A DNA stretch of 64,000 bases from Candidatus Omnitrophota bacterium. Lineage in GTDB: Bacteria; Omnitrophota; Gorgyraeia; Zapsychrales; Zapsychraceae. Below the pieces are notes generated by a model. The model had not been told where the DNA came from. It ran no database searches and worked only from the letters and a program-made list of their open reading frames with translations. Position numbers and translations under genes: made by a program. Positions 9,140-19,046 of the stretch are shown one piece after another. Location of the stretch: NCBI GenBank assembly GCA_003528115.1, contig DOGZ01000006.1:64076-128075 (forward strand), read 5' to 3'. Each line of letters opens with the position of its first letter. Position 1 is the stretch's first letter.

Positions 9140-12100
9140 TTACGCCAAAATTTCAGCGTAACCCAAACGTCTCTCTACCGGTCCAAGACTTAAGTTGTAA
9201 CCCTGTTCCGTTGATTTCTCATCTTGAGCGGCATTAAAAGGTTTGGATTTCTGCTCCTGACCGTAATCCGAATCAAACAGCCGAGGGTCATCAAACCCTA
9301 ACATCATCGGGATTTGCATATTATTCATGATAGGCTTGATCTCGATCAAGACCGGTAAAACGCCCTGGATATTGATCTGCTTGATAGGCTGCTGCCAAAC
9401 CGGCAAAGGCTTGCCGTCAGGATCACGCAGAATCTGCATATCCAGCATCGTGGGATCTAAATTGATACCACCCTGGCGTTCAACGCGATCTGCTCCTGCC
9501 TGACCACCGTCACTCTCCAAGGATTTAATCAATTGATCTAACTCGCTTAATCCATTTTTATTGACTTCAACCATCAATGCCCTGTCGAGCTTGCCATCGA
9601 TTTCTATCAATCGATTGTATTTTGCGGTTCGATCAGACCTTGAAAGAGAACCTGTTTTTATCCAGACCCGAGGCATTCTTTTTGTAACAGAATGCCGACC
9701 TTCCATCAACGTTGTAGCCCACTTTGCCAGATCAGCGATGAGGGTATCTTCTGTTTCTCCGGACCTGTGGGAAATCTTGACTGATATACCCATCAATAAT
9801 GCCAATCGTATTAACTCTTTTGTTTCTTTAATGCTTCCAACCTGGTTTACCTTGACCAGAATTGAGTTGATGGTATGCGGCGGGAAGGTCAAAATTTTTC
9901 CGGCGAATTCTATTGTTTCACCACGAACCGCCGCCTTCAATTGCCTCAAATTTGTCACCAGTAAATCATCCCCAACTGTATCTATTCCCATTTTTCTCTG
10001 CATATCGAAGGCCAGTGATTCATACTCGGGTGTCCCGGAAAGTGATGCCTGATTAGCAAATGTCGTTAACCCTTGGTGGCCCTTCATATCATTTTGATCA
10101 AAGGAGTCTTCCAGGGAAACAATAGGAAATCTGCGAACTAAGTCTATCCAGAACAATTGAAGTTCCTCTCTGTTTAGAACAAGAACATCACGTCCCTCAT
10201 ATTTGTCGATCTTTCCAATTAATTTTTCCTCATCTCCAGCTTTTATTGTGATTGGCTTAACATTGCCTTCCTTGTCCCTCTCTCCTTCTAACCAATAAGT
10301 TATCTCACCATCCTTACCTATGAAAGATCTCTCGCTAAACGCCCCATCTGTGGCAAAACCTATTTGTTTTCCAATAAGGTTACCCCATGGTGATTCCTGA
10401 ACGACTTCTGAGGCAATCCTCAAATAATCACTATTAGTAGGAACATTCGGCGCGAATCCTCCTTCATCCCCCACGTTTGTGTTAAGCCCTAATTTCTTTA
10501 ACTTCTTTTTTAAAAGTTGAAATAATTGGGCCTTAACAAAAATGGCTTCTTTTTCAGTCCTTATCGCGTTAGCACCTGTTGCCTGTGTATCTGGCACCAC
10601 GACAAGCATGGTCTCTTGAATATCAACATTGTTATCAGCATGCTCTCCACCATTCAAAATATTGGCTTGTGCTATAACATCATTAACAGGCTGGGGCCCT
10701 GGGTTCAACTCAAAGACTTCCACACCCTTGAGAGCAGCCGTCAAACGCAATGCCGCTGAAGAAATGGCCAAAATCGCGTTGGCTCCGAAGTAATTCTTCA
10801 ATTCCCAGTTCCCTCCAAATTGTTCTTCCATTTTTTGTAACCAGTCATCAATACTCCCCTCAAGCCCGGGGTAAACTTTCTTATCCCATATCGCTTGCTC
10901 TAGTTGTCCAATTAAAAATTCCGCTCGCAAAGCTGCGACCCTCGTTCCTTTGGACGAATACTTCTGAAGCCAGTCAATGGCCTCTTCTTTTGTGTTGGCT
11001 TTACCATCAGTCAAAGTTTTTATGACAGATGCCTCGCTAAGGTAAACAGTGCCTTTGGTATCTTTAATAGCAAACTCCGCCTGACCAGTCTTCACTCTTT
11101 TGGCAAAAGCATCGTCACGAATTTCTAAGGCCTCTCGTTCTCCTGTGGATGCCCCTGAAGGAACATAACCAAACCCTTGCTTCTCATTAAACCACAGTTT
11201 CACTTTTAAAGTTTGATTGCCGCGTGAGTCCAAAATACGCAACACCCTGTTTTGCTGGGAAATCATCGCCGTGTCCTGTGACCGGCTCTTTTGATAATCT
11301 CTTACCATTTCTGCCGACCCATTACTGCCAAAGGCCTTGAAGTGTTCGATGGCTGACGCCTCAATCGCTGCCGTGATCCTGTCTTTCACCCATCCCGGCA
11401 ACGCCTCCAACTCTCCCATAAACTTTCCAAAAATATTCTTCAATTCTTTTCCAATGAGCTTGTTCAGCTTCTTCGCTTCCGCTCCCTCACGCTTCTCAAC
11501 TCCATAATTCTTACCACTGTTCACAATCAAATCATCAATGATCCGATTCACTAAATCCTGCACCTGTTCGTCTTTTTCACCAACTCTAACCAACTGCTCC
11601 CACACAATATTTTGCCAGTGGGTCGCCACATGCGCGGATCTGATCCCCGCTGCCCTTAAGTACGGCAAATTCCTTAACGGCGTACCGGTCACCCCATGCT
11701 GGACGATCTCTATCCTATACGGCTTTAACGCGTCACTAATCGCCTTGGTCATCTGTAAATTCATCTGCGTCTCTATCGGGTTACCCTCTTTGTCATACGT
11801 GTTGCCATGGGATGTTCCGTTGTTGATCGCCAACCGCTCAATCTTGACACCATAATCCAGCAGCCCCTTACCTTCTTTCTCAACGATTGGATTTCCTTCA
11901 TTGTCTAACACTAATTCTGATGAGATGACAGCCCCCGTCTTCTCATCCTTGACCAATCTCTCTTGATACCTCTTCCCTGTCACAAATTCCAGGGCATCGG
12001 CTACCGTCGAGTTTGCATCGTCACCAATCTCGCCAACCTCGGCCTCATGACTGGCGTTCTCCGGCAAGAATCCATCCAAGAATGCCGTGATCAATACATT

Positions 12101-15100
12101 AAGCCGCGTCGGCATAAACGAAGCATCTAACGCAAAGACCGTAAACCCGGCGTCCACTTCCGCCTTCACCAGCTCATATGCCTTCTTGATGGCTTTTAAC
12201 GCGTTGGCCACATTCTCGTTCTCCTTTAACACCTCATCTCCTGTTGCCTTCAAAAACGCCTGGGCACGTTCTGACTTCCCAGAAATCTTCAGGATATCCT
12301 CGAATAAACCCGCCACAATGTCTTGCGCATTCTGATCTTTGATAAAATTATCATTTACCTTGACCGTGATATGATCACCCTTTAAAACATAGTCTGTAAA
12401 TTGGTTCCTCTCTCCTGCCTCCCGCACCGCATCGGCCAATAACCGTGCATTCTCCGGCTTGTACCCGCCCGGCCAGGTATATCCAAACTCACTCAACGCC
12501 TGCTGGAATATCACCACACTCCCGGTCTTCTTCGCCGCCTGCATCATCCCGGGCAATATCAGCAGCGTTCGGATATTTACCGCCATCGTCACTACATTAG
12601 ACCCTGCCTCACTCTCCAACGCTTCGTATAACTCCCGACCGGTCAATTTATCCGCTACCATGGCCGTGTCCGATGTGGCCGCGTCTCCCATCGCCTTTCG
12701 CATCTCAACAGCGGTTTGACGGATTTGGGCTTTAACCGGAAGCGCTCCGAAATGGATATGCCGTATCCCGTCGCCATGTTTCTGTTTCAAATCATTGATA
12801 TCCTTCATAACCTCCGCGATAGTGGTCTCTTTATTCATCTTAATAACAAGGTAAACGGAGTTCTTCGACTCTTTATAGTCTTTTACAAGCCTTTCCAATT
12901 CTCCTGTTTTATTACCTCCTGCTTTATAGATAATGCTCTTATATCGCCCCCCCAAAGCACTCAACAAAGCTCCAGGAACACGTTCATCTTCCCTCACCAA
13001 AGGTGTTATGCCGTTTTCAATAAAATTCGTTATTTGTTTTTGTACTCTTTTCGGGTCACTACTATCAAGGATTGCCGCTGTAACACCCATTTTCTTAAGC
13101 AATTCCGCCGACAGATGCGCTGTATAGGCTCCAATTCCCTGTGTGCTAACCCCATCTGTCGCCTCAACGACAAGGTCTACATAATTCTTTGCGTTTGGAT
13201 CTAAAGGTTGAATATCAAATAACGAAGCGGCGGACTCATCTCCCTCCAATACCTTCTGCCAGGCGCGATAGTCAGTCATAGGAACGGCATGAATAACCTT
13301 CACTTTGCCCTCTAAATTTAATTTCTTGGCTTCATAAGCCTTCAAATACTTTTGGGCTGAAGGTGTATCCATCTGCTTGCCATTAAAAATAACAGTTAAT
13401 TCATCTCCTGATCGAAGGGCAGCCTCAACTATGTTGGCTGTCGAATCTTCCCCTTCCTGGGCTTCTGCCTTTGCTGATGCCCGTCCGATAAAAGCCCCAA
13501 CATATCCAACCTTCTTGGTTAACCCGCCGATATTTTTCACGTTGGCACCACCGCCATAAATTAATGGAACGTCCGTCTCTGCCACTCCAACTGCTTTGGC
13601 AATGGCCTTGACAATGTATTCTTTTCGATACTGAGCCAAGGAATCAGGGATAGCCGTTGTCTTGATACCATTAACCGGTTCATAAGGATTGTAAATACGG
13701 CTCATGTATTCGGCAGGCATACCTTTGTACAAAACATTGATCTGTCCTTCGATTTCACCCTGCGTACTTAATTCTTCAATAATTTTATTCCGCAGTTCAA
13801 CGAGGGCAAATTTCTGAGGGGCGGATAAATCATCCTTTGTATATCCCCAGGCCGTCAGCATCTCCTTCAATTCTGTATCCGATGTTAAACTCTCAAACGT
13901 GCCGGTTTCAATCTTTTGCTTAAATTCAGGGGTATCAGTGATTCTTTGTTTATTCCTATCCTTTAAAAGACTCCTCAACTCTTTAATGGCGAACTCTTCC
14001 TCACGCACGTCCTTGGAATATCCAAAGGCCTGCAATAATAAGGAAGATTCTCGCTTAAAAGCATCAAAATCAATCGTTAAATATCCATCCATCCTTCTAA
14101 TAAAATCATCCAGACGGTTCTCGAAATCAGTACGTTGTGCCACTGGTTTATCAGAAACATATAACTCCGTAGCTTTTAATTTTATATTATTCTGAGTGAA
14201 ATTTCTTAAGGCTGTATAATCGTTTGTGATTTTTGTTCCTTCCCACATACGCTCAGGAAAGTCGCCAAAAGGATAAATCACATTAAAACCAGCCTTTAGA
14301 AATAGCTCCGCCTGCTTTCGGGCCATTTCGGCCGTAACTCCCAAATATTCTCTTGTCTCTGAATGATTGATCACAACGGTTGACGCGTAGGGAACATCTT
14401 CGGGCCTTACATCAGGTCCAATCTGAACGGCAATACTGATCGGACTTACTCTATAAAACTCCTCGCCATTCTCATCTCTGTAAGACTCCACATTCTTGGT
14501 GACGTTCATTAAATTTTGAAGCTCTTTTGTTCCTTTACGTTTATCAATTTTTCTGGCTTCCATAAACCGCTCTAAAGAAACCCCCTTATAATTAGCCTTT
14601 CCAATAGTTTTTAAGGCATCAAGAACATCTCTATTGATTTGGCTCAAAATCGCCTTATCTGATTTTGGTATAAGAACACCCTCTTTGTTGATGTTAGTCA
14701 ATACAGCCGGATCAGCCTTTTCCCCAACGGTATAACCATCAAACGTTGTTATATATTTATTCGTCGCTGTTATCAATGCTGGATCAACCTTCACACCTTT
14801 AAGCGCATCCTTGCCTTTAATTGTAGTCAATTGGGCTTTATCCACACCGAGAAGCCCGCCGGAGAAATACTTTCTTGGCAATACTTCCTGAGCCGCCGCG
14901 TCATAATCTTCCCGGATATAATCAAAGACACCCTTCTTAAAAGCCTCGAGATATTGGTTGTAAATCTTGATTTTAACGTCCTTGTCCGCGATATCAACGC
15001 CGGTGGTCTTGTTTTTATCCATATAAATCTGGCCCAAAAGACTTTCTTTGAGGTTGACCTTGTACCACGTGGCCAATATCATGGAATTGTAAATCTGGCG

Positions 15101-15934
15101 GAGTTTGGCAAAGTTCTTGCCTTCATTGACTTCTTTTTCGATCTCAGGGATAAGCACTTCCCGGACAACATCCGAAGAAATACCGCTAATGACCTCGGTC
15201 TCCCCTGTGCTTAAGTCATTCATGCCGAATTTTGCGCTGTCTTTATTCTGTTGCAGGGCTAAATAGTCCTCTTCCAGCATGACCTTCAAATGGCTCTGCA
15301 AAACAAAGATATTGTTCTCATTCTCATAAACAACTGCCTTATTCGGCACAATCCAGACTTTGTTAAAAGTATTCAGCGGAATATCGGTGGAACCATATTT
15401 TTCCTGGGCTTTAGCGTAAACCCTTTCCCAGAATTTCTTTCCAAGCTCATCTTCCGGATAAATAAGAGAAGCGGTCAATTGCTTGAGGATGTAGTCTTGC
15501 GCCAAAAGATCACGGCCTAACTCGGTCTGACCTAATTGATTAGGAATGATCCGGTTTTTTTCATACGGAGAAAGGTTGACCCACATTTCTTTTTCCGGGG
15601 TTGTCAGCGTGGCCAGGAAATATTTAACGAGTTTGGTGGATTCCGCGGCCAATTCATCCCCCTGAATCCCTGTATCGCCTGTATCGACAATGAAATCAAA
15701 GCGTAACGGATTATCTGGATACAGAGTCATCCCCTGAATCATAGTAGGGGTAAAGCCTTCACTCACAGGAACCATGGCTCCAACGGCAGGCAGATTCAAA
15801 CCTGCCTGCGGCACAAACTGGGCATAGCTTGCCTGCGGCGGCACGATCATGCTGGAAATGAATGTAACGGCAATGAATGAAGAAATGATTTTACTCATGA
15901 AATTATTCTTGGTCTGGGGAACGATAAGATACAT
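9140..15934 (-). CDS. giant (~2264 aa) secreted multidomain protein fusing TIM-like, class II FBA-like and enolase-like domains
   Basis: Uninterrupted ORF. Likely start is ATG at 15932-15934, preceded by GGAGG with a 9-nt spacer (the ORF-track start at 15940 is a TTG inside that spacer). Signal-peptide-like N-terminus (...IISSFIAVTFISSMIVPPQASYAQ). Internal enolase motifs VPSGASTGEREALEIRD, LNGGEHADNNVDIQE, NVGDEGGFAPN, VKVNQVGSIKE, SHRSGETEDTLIADLA, IKTGSLSRSDRTAKYNRL. Class II aldolase motifs GTSHG...VQHGVTGTP and EAEVGEIGD. TIM motifs NHSETR, YEPVNGIKT, IYGGGANVKN...GRASAKA. Confidence 0.8.
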   Translation of the reverse strand: MYLIVPQTKNNFMSKIISSFIAVTFISSMIVPPQASYAQFVPQAGLNLPAVGAMVPVSEGFTPTMIQGMTLYPDNPLRFDFIVDTGDTGIQGDELAAESTKLVKYFLATLTTPEKEMWVNLSPYEKNRIIPNQLGQTELGRDLLAQDYILKQLTASLIYPEDELGKKFWERVYAKAQEKYGSTDIPLNTFNKVWIVPNKAVVYENENNIFVLQSHLKVMLEEDYLALQQNKDSAKFGMNDLSTGETEVISGISSDVVREVLIPEIEKEVNEGKNFAKLRQIYNSMILATWYKVNLKESLLGQIYMDKNKTTGVDIADKDVKIKIYNQYLEAFKKGVFDYIREDYDAAAQEVLPRKYFSGGLLGVDKAQLTTIKGKDALKGVKVDPALITATNKYITTFDGYTVGEKADPAVLTNINKEGVLIPKSDKAILSQINRDVLDALKTIGKANYKGVSLERFMEARKIDKRKGTKELQNLMNVTKNVESYRDENGEEFYRVSPISIAVQIGPDVRPEDVPYASTVVINHSETREYLGVTAEMARKQAELFLKAGFNVIYPFGDFPERMWEGTKITNDYTALRNFTQNNIKLKATELYVSDKPVAQRTDFENRLDDFIRRMDGYLTIDFDAFKRESSLLLQAFGYSKDVREEEFAIKELRSLLKDRNKQRITDTPEFKQKIETGTFESLTSDTELKEMLTAWGYTKDDLSAPQKFALVELRNKIIEELSTQGEIEGQINVLYKGMPAEYMSRIYNPYEPVNGIKTTAIPDSLAQYRKEYIVKAIAKAVGVAETDVPLIYGGGANVKNIGGLTKKVGYVGAFIGRASAKAEAQEGEDSTANIVEAALRSGDELTVIFNGKQMDTPSAQKYLKAYEAKKLNLEGKVKVIHAVPMTDYRAWQKVLEGDESAASLFDIQPLDPNAKNYVDLVVEATDGVSTQGIGAYTAHLSAELLKKMGVTAAILDSSDPKRVQKQITNFIENGITPLVREDERVPGALLSALGGRYKSIIYKAGGNKTGELERLVKDYKESKNSVYLVIKMNKETTIAEVMKDINDLKQKHGDGIRHIHFGALPVKAQIRQTAVEMRKAMGDAATSDTAMVADKLTGRELYEALESEAGSNVVTMAVNIRTLLILPGMMQAAKKTGSVVIFQQALSEFGYTWPGGYKPENARLLADAVREAGERNQFTDYVLKGDHITVKVNDNFIKDQNAQDIVAGLFEDILKISGKSERAQAFLKATGDEVLKENENVANALKAIKKAYELVKAEVDAGFTVFALDASFMPTRLNVLITAFLDGFLPENASHEAEVGEIGDDANSTVADALEFVTGKRYQERLVKDEKTGAVISSELVLDNEGNPIVEKEGKGLLDYGVKIERLAINNGTSHGNTYDKEGNPIETQMNLQMTKAISDALKPYRIEIVQHGVTGTPLRNLPYLRAAGIRSAHVATHWQNIVWEQLVRVGEKDEQVQDLVNRIIDDLIVNSGKNYGVEKREGAEAKKLNKLIGKELKNIFGKFMGELEALPGWVKDRITAAIEASAIEHFKAFGSNGSAEMVRDYQKSRSQDTAMISQQNRVLRILDSRGNQTLKVKLWFNEKQGFGYVPSGASTGEREALEIRDDAFAKRVKTGQAEFAIKDTKGTVYLSEASVIKTLTDGKANTKEEAIDWLQKYSSKGTRVAALRAEFLIGQLEQAIWDKKVYPGLEGSIDDWLQKMEEQFGGNWELKNYFGANAILAISSAALRLTAALKGVEVFELNPGPQPVNDVIAQANILNGGEHADNNVDIQETMLVVVPDTQATGANAIRTEKEAIFVKAQLFQLLKKKLKKLGLNTNVGDEGGFAPNVPTNSDYLRIASEVVQESPWGNLIGKQIGFATDGAFSERSFIGKDGEITYWLEGERDKEGNVKPITIKAGDEEKLIGKIDKYEGRDVLVLNREELQLFWIDLVRRFPIVSLEDSFDQNDMKGHQGLTTFANQASLSGTPEYESLAFDMQRKMGIDTVGDDLLVTNLRQLKAAVRGETIEFAGKILTFPPHTINSILVKVNQVGSIKETKELIRLALLMGISVKISHRSGETEDTLIADLAKWATTLMEGRHSVTKRMPRVWIKTGSLSRSDRTAKYNRLIEIDGKLDRALMVEVNKNGLSELDQLIKSLESDGGQAGADRVERQGGINLDPTMLDMQILRDPDGKPLPVWQQPIKQINIQGVLPVLIEIKPIMNNMQIPMMLGFDDPRLFDSDYGQEQKSKPFNAAQDEKSTEQGYNLSLGPVERRLGYAEILA
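9566..11257 (-). other. enolase-like domain of giant protein (residues ~1562-2125) with catalytic residues apparently intact and two large insertions
   Basis: Near-identical matches to canonical enolase blocks (listed under the CDS). Coordinates were checked by back-translation: 11123-11164 reverse-complement encodes VPSGASTGEREALE. Confidence 0.8.
11591..12649 (-). other. class II fructose-bisphosphate aldolase-like domain of giant protein (residues ~1098-1450)
   Basis: VVTMAVNIRTL...PGMMQAAKKTGSVVIFQQALSE (cf. YAVGQFN...AILQAAEEEKSPVILGVSEGA), EAEVGEIGD (cf. EAELGTVGG), NGTSHGNTYDKEGNP (cf. GSVHGPYKGEPN), IVQHGVTGTP (cf. LVLHGGTGIP). Confidence 0.6.
13451..14458 (-). other. triose-phosphate-isomerase-like domain of giant protein (residues ~495-830), with a ~150-aa insertion
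   Basis: HSETR (cf. TIM HSERR), YEPV(N)GIKT (cf. YEPVWAIGTG), IYGGGANVKN and GRASAKAE (cf. IQYGGSV...VGGASLK). N-terminal NWK-type motif not recognised. Confidence 0.55.
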
Positions 15935-16169
15935 TGACAAAAACCTCCGTTTAAGGATAAACGATTTTATATTTAACTTATTGGATTAATTCAAGTTAAG
16001 TTGCTAAAGATCTAATAGTTGCAGAGCAAGAAGGTGAGAAAACGTTTTTTTAATTAGTTCAAGTGGTGAAAAGATAACATGTTTCTACGGGGAAAACAAG
16101 GGGGGGTGGTAAGAAAAAAATGGAACTTTTTGCCTTCATTTAAACAGACATGCGTTCAAAAATCAGGAT

Positions 16170-17144
16170 TTAGCCGTGTTCTCTATCCTTCTTTTCCTTT
16201 AACGATTTGAAAAAGAAAAAACCAATGACCATAAAAGTCATCACAGGGGCCACGTAATGAGGCACATGGATCCCGAATCCTTCCAACAACATCATCATCC
16301 CTAAAAAGAAAATGGAATACATGGCGCCGTTTTTTAAATACACATATTTTTTGATTTTGTCCACACCTCTGATCGTAAATTCCCTCACAACAAAAGCGCC
16401 CAGGCCATTACCCAGAATGATCAGAGGAACCGACATCGTAAAGGCAAACGCGCCAACAACGCCGTCGATGGAAAATGTCGCGTCCAAGACCTCAAGATAC
16501 ATAATTTTACTAATGTCGGATAAATCGCTTTTATTTTTCAATTCCACTTCCGCCTGCTCCGCGTATTGTTTAAAACCGTGCGTGATAAAAAACGCGCTCG
16601 CGCCTATAGAGGCCGCGAAAGCCAACATGGGATCTTTTTTAAGGGCATGCCAAATAATGACGGATAAAAGGGTGGAAACAACCGCGAAGAACCACACCCC
16701 CTGACGCCTGAAAAAATATTCGAGAGGCAATCCGAATTTTTTATGTTCCAGAAACAGCCAATGAAAAAATAAAAAAACTAAAAATATCCCGCCCCCCATC
16801 ATCAATAATGGAGACGATTGTTCCAGGGCTGTTTCCACCTGCGGGTCGCTACTGAAGGCCGCCATAAAAGATCCCCACGGGCCCAAGGCGGGACTTGACA
16901 CCCAGATAATAATCCACGGGAGCAAACCTCTCACAAGAAAGACCCCGAAAAAAATTCCCCAGATTAAAAACCATTTCCGCCACTTTTTATCCATGGTGGC
17001 CAGAACATCCGCGTTGACAACGGCATTATCAATGCTGGAAATCACTTCAAACACGCAAAGCCCCAAGACACTTAAAATGATTTGACCGATTCCCATATTA
17101 TTTCTTAACCTCCAATCAGTTTCATCTTCTTTACGCGCGGCCAA
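16170..17144 (-). CDS. TerC/DUF475-family integral membrane protein
   Basis: Multi-TM protein with a SIDNAVV motif characteristic of the TerC family. Confidence 0.55.
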   Translation of the reverse strand: MAARKEDETDWRLRNNMGIGQIILSVLGLCVFEVISSIDNAVVNADVLATMDKKWRKWFLIWGIFFGVFLVRGLLPWIIIWVSSPALGPWGSFMAAFSSDPQVETALEQSSPLLMMGGGIFLVFLFFHWLFLEHKKFGLPLEYFFRRQGVWFFAVVSTLLSVIIWHALKKDPMLAFAASIGASAFFITHGFKQYAEQAEVELKNKSDLSDISKIMYLEVLDATFSIDGVVGAFAFTMSVPLIILGNGLGAFVVREFTIRGVDKIKKYVYLKNGAMYSIFFLGMMMLLEGFGIHVPHYVAPVMTFMVIGFFFFKSLKEKKDREHG

Positions 17145-17347
17145 GCCTTGATTTCAGCTTCCCGCCTTAGCGCTTCGCTTTGATTCAAACACGTTTCCGA
17201 ATAAAGCAATTGATCGACCCCGAATGTTTTAGTAAACCGCCCGCCTCTTCCCCGACGATGCTCATTGAGCCGTCTCTCAAGACAGGTGGTGATCCCCGTA
17301 TACAGGCTGCCCCGTTTTGTCTTTAAGATGTACACATACCACATCAT
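17105..17347 (-). CDS. GIY-YIG domain protein (UPF0213-like)
   Basis: 80 aa: YVYILKTKRGSLYTGITTCLERRLNEH is a GIY-YIG motif. Overlaps the modC start by 4 nt. Confidence 0.6.
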   Translation of the reverse strand: MMWYVYILKTKRGSLYTGITTCLERRLNEHRRGRGGRFTKTFGVDQLLYSETCLNQSEALRREAEIKAWPRVKKMKLIGG

Positions 17348-18240
17348 GTCTTCTGATTTTCTTTCGGGAAGGCTTTTAAAATAATCGGATTAAACGCCTT
17401 TGCCGCGACCAGCACATGGTCTCCTGTGCTCAATCCCCTGACTTCATTCTCGGCCGCCACAACCTTCGTCAGGTTGTTTCCAATTTGCACGGTCACGATA
17501 TAAAGAAAATCCTCCTGCCGCATATCCACAATCACGCCGGGGAATTTAAATTTACCGCTGATGGTCTGCGCCGCGAAAATCTCGTCCGGTCTTCCGGACT
17601 TCTGGATCCGGCCTTTATCAAGAACTAAAATACGATCGGATAATTTAAAAATCTCGCTGAAATCGTGACTGACAAAAATCACCGACGCGTTATGACGCTT
17701 ATAAATATCCAACATCTCCTCTTGCAACTTCAACCGCAATTCCAGATCCTGCGACACGAACGGTTCATCCAAAAGTAAAACCTTCGGTTTACGCAACAAA
17801 GCGCGTATCAACGCGACCCGCTGCTTCTGCCCGCTTGAAAGCTGAGCCGGCCGCCGGCGCTGAAATTCCGTTAAATGAACCGCCTCCAGCAGCGCCTCAA
17901 TCATGCCAGCATCTTTTTTGTCTTGCAAGGCAAAATGTAAATTTTCCTCAACGGTCATGTTCGGGAAAAGATTATGTTCTTGAAAAACAAACCCGATCGA
18001 CCGTTTTTGAACAGGCCAATTGATCTTCTTGCGGCTGTCAAACCACACCTCCTTGCTTACTTCAATATACCCTTCTTCCGGTTCACTTAATCCGGCCATC
18101 ATGCGCAGAATCGTGGTCTTCCCCGCGCCGGATTTTCCGAAAAGCGTGACAAACTCGCCGACGCCCGATTCAAAACAAACATCCAATTCCATCGGGCCGT
18201 CGCTTGTATGCAATTTCTTTTTGGCTCTGACACGAATCAT
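17344..18240 (-). CDS. modC: molybdate ABC transporter ATP-binding protein with C-terminal TOBE domain
   Basis: Walker A GKSGAGKTT, ABC signature LSSGQKQRVALIRAL, Walker B LLLDEP, C-terminal TOBE-like region. Located in the modA-modB context. Confidence 0.8.
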   Translation of the reverse strand: MIRVRAKKKLHTSDGPMELDVCFESGVGEFVTLFGKSGAGKTTILRMMAGLSEPEEGYIEVSKEVWFDSRKKINWPVQKRSIGFVFQEHNLFPNMTVEENLHFALQDKKDAGMIEALLEAVHLTEFQRRRPAQLSSGQKQRVALIRALLRKPKVLLLDEPFVSQDLELRLKLQEEMLDIYKRHNASVIFVSHDFSEIFKLSDRILVLDKGRIQKSGRPDEIFAAQTISGKFKFPGVIVDMRQEDFLYIVTVQIGNNLTKVVAAENEVRGLSTGDHVLVAAKAFNPIILKAFPKENQKT

Positions 18241-18258
18241 ATCACGCGTACCAATTGA

Positions 18259-18354
18259 TTGACCTCCGTATAATTAATAGAGTTTTATTCTTCAGAGAAC
18301 GTAGGTCGAGATACTGACTGCCACAGTGTTCCATTACTTTTCCGGAAGTCAGTA
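18259..18354 (-). repeat. structured intergenic repeat, family A copy 2 (between modB and modC)
   Basis: Same conserved blocks and 9-bp inverted repeat as 4009-4185. GGAGG lies ~22 nt upstream of the modC ATG on the minus strand, the same geometry as copy 1. Confidence 0.5.
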
Positions 18355-18383
18355 ACCGGAGCCGTTGTCGCCTTAAAACGCTT

Positions 18384-19046
18384 TTACTGACCCCTTTTAT
18401 TTACCAGATTGAGCGCGAAAAGAATGCTGAAAGATATCATAATGAGGATCCCTGAATAAATATGAGCCTCCGCGTATTTTAAGGCCTCGACTTCGTTAAA
18501 GATGGCAATGGAGGCAACCCTCGTTTCCCCCGGAATATTCCCGCCAATCATCAGGACCACGCCGAACTCGCCGATGGTATGCGCGAACGACATCACAATA
18601 CCCGTCCAAAGCGCCGGTTTGATATTGGGTAAAATGACTTTAAATAACGTTTCTTTCTCCGTTTTCCCCAAGGTATACGCCGCCTCCCGAAGAGAAGAAG
18701 GAAAATTTTGGAAACCTGCTTTAAGGGGGTTTACCATGAACGGAAGGCTGAAAAGCACGGATCCGATCACAAGGCCCAGGAAGGTAAAAGGTATTCGGAC
18801 GTGAACAACATTTTCGAGAAACCGGCCGACCCCTGTCGATGGACTAAACAAAAGCAGGAGATAAAACCCCAGGACCGTCGGCGGTAAAATGAGCGGCATA
18901 CTCACCAAAGGTTCAATCAGGGATTTCCAGGACCGTCGGCTGACAGCCAGCCAATACGCCAGCGGAATGCCGGCCGCCACGAGGATCGCCGTGGTCGCGA
19001 ACGCCAATTGAAAGGTTAAGACTAAAGGACCAAAATCGAATTTCAT
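18384..19046 (-). CDS. modB: molybdate ABC transporter permease
   Basis: 220 aa, 5-6 TM, ABC type-I permease EAA-like loop (EAAYTLGKTEKETLFKVILP). Confidence 0.8.
   Translation of the reverse strand: MKFDFGPLVLTFQLAFATTAILVAAGIPLAYWLAVSRRSWKSLIEPLVSMPLILPPTVLGFYLLLLFSPSTGVGRFLENVVHVRIPFTFLGLVIGSVLFSLPFMVNPLKAGFQNFPSSLREAAYTLGKTEKETLFKVILPNIKPALWTGIVMSFAHTIGEFGVVLMIGGNIPGETRVASIAIFNEVEALKYAEAHIYSGILIMISFSILFALNLVNKRGQ

Noticed and set aside
15935-15940. ORF-track start codon (TTG) of the giant gene
   Set aside because: It lies inside the 9-nt spacer between a GGAGG Shine-Dalgarno and the in-frame ATG at 15932-15934. The ATG is the more plausible start.
17105-17347. GIY-YIG ORF as evidence of a mobile element/homing endonuclease insertion
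   Set aside because: It is a short UPF0213-type stand-alone GIY-YIG protein with no flanking repeats, intein or intron context. It is more likely a housekeeping nuclease-like protein.
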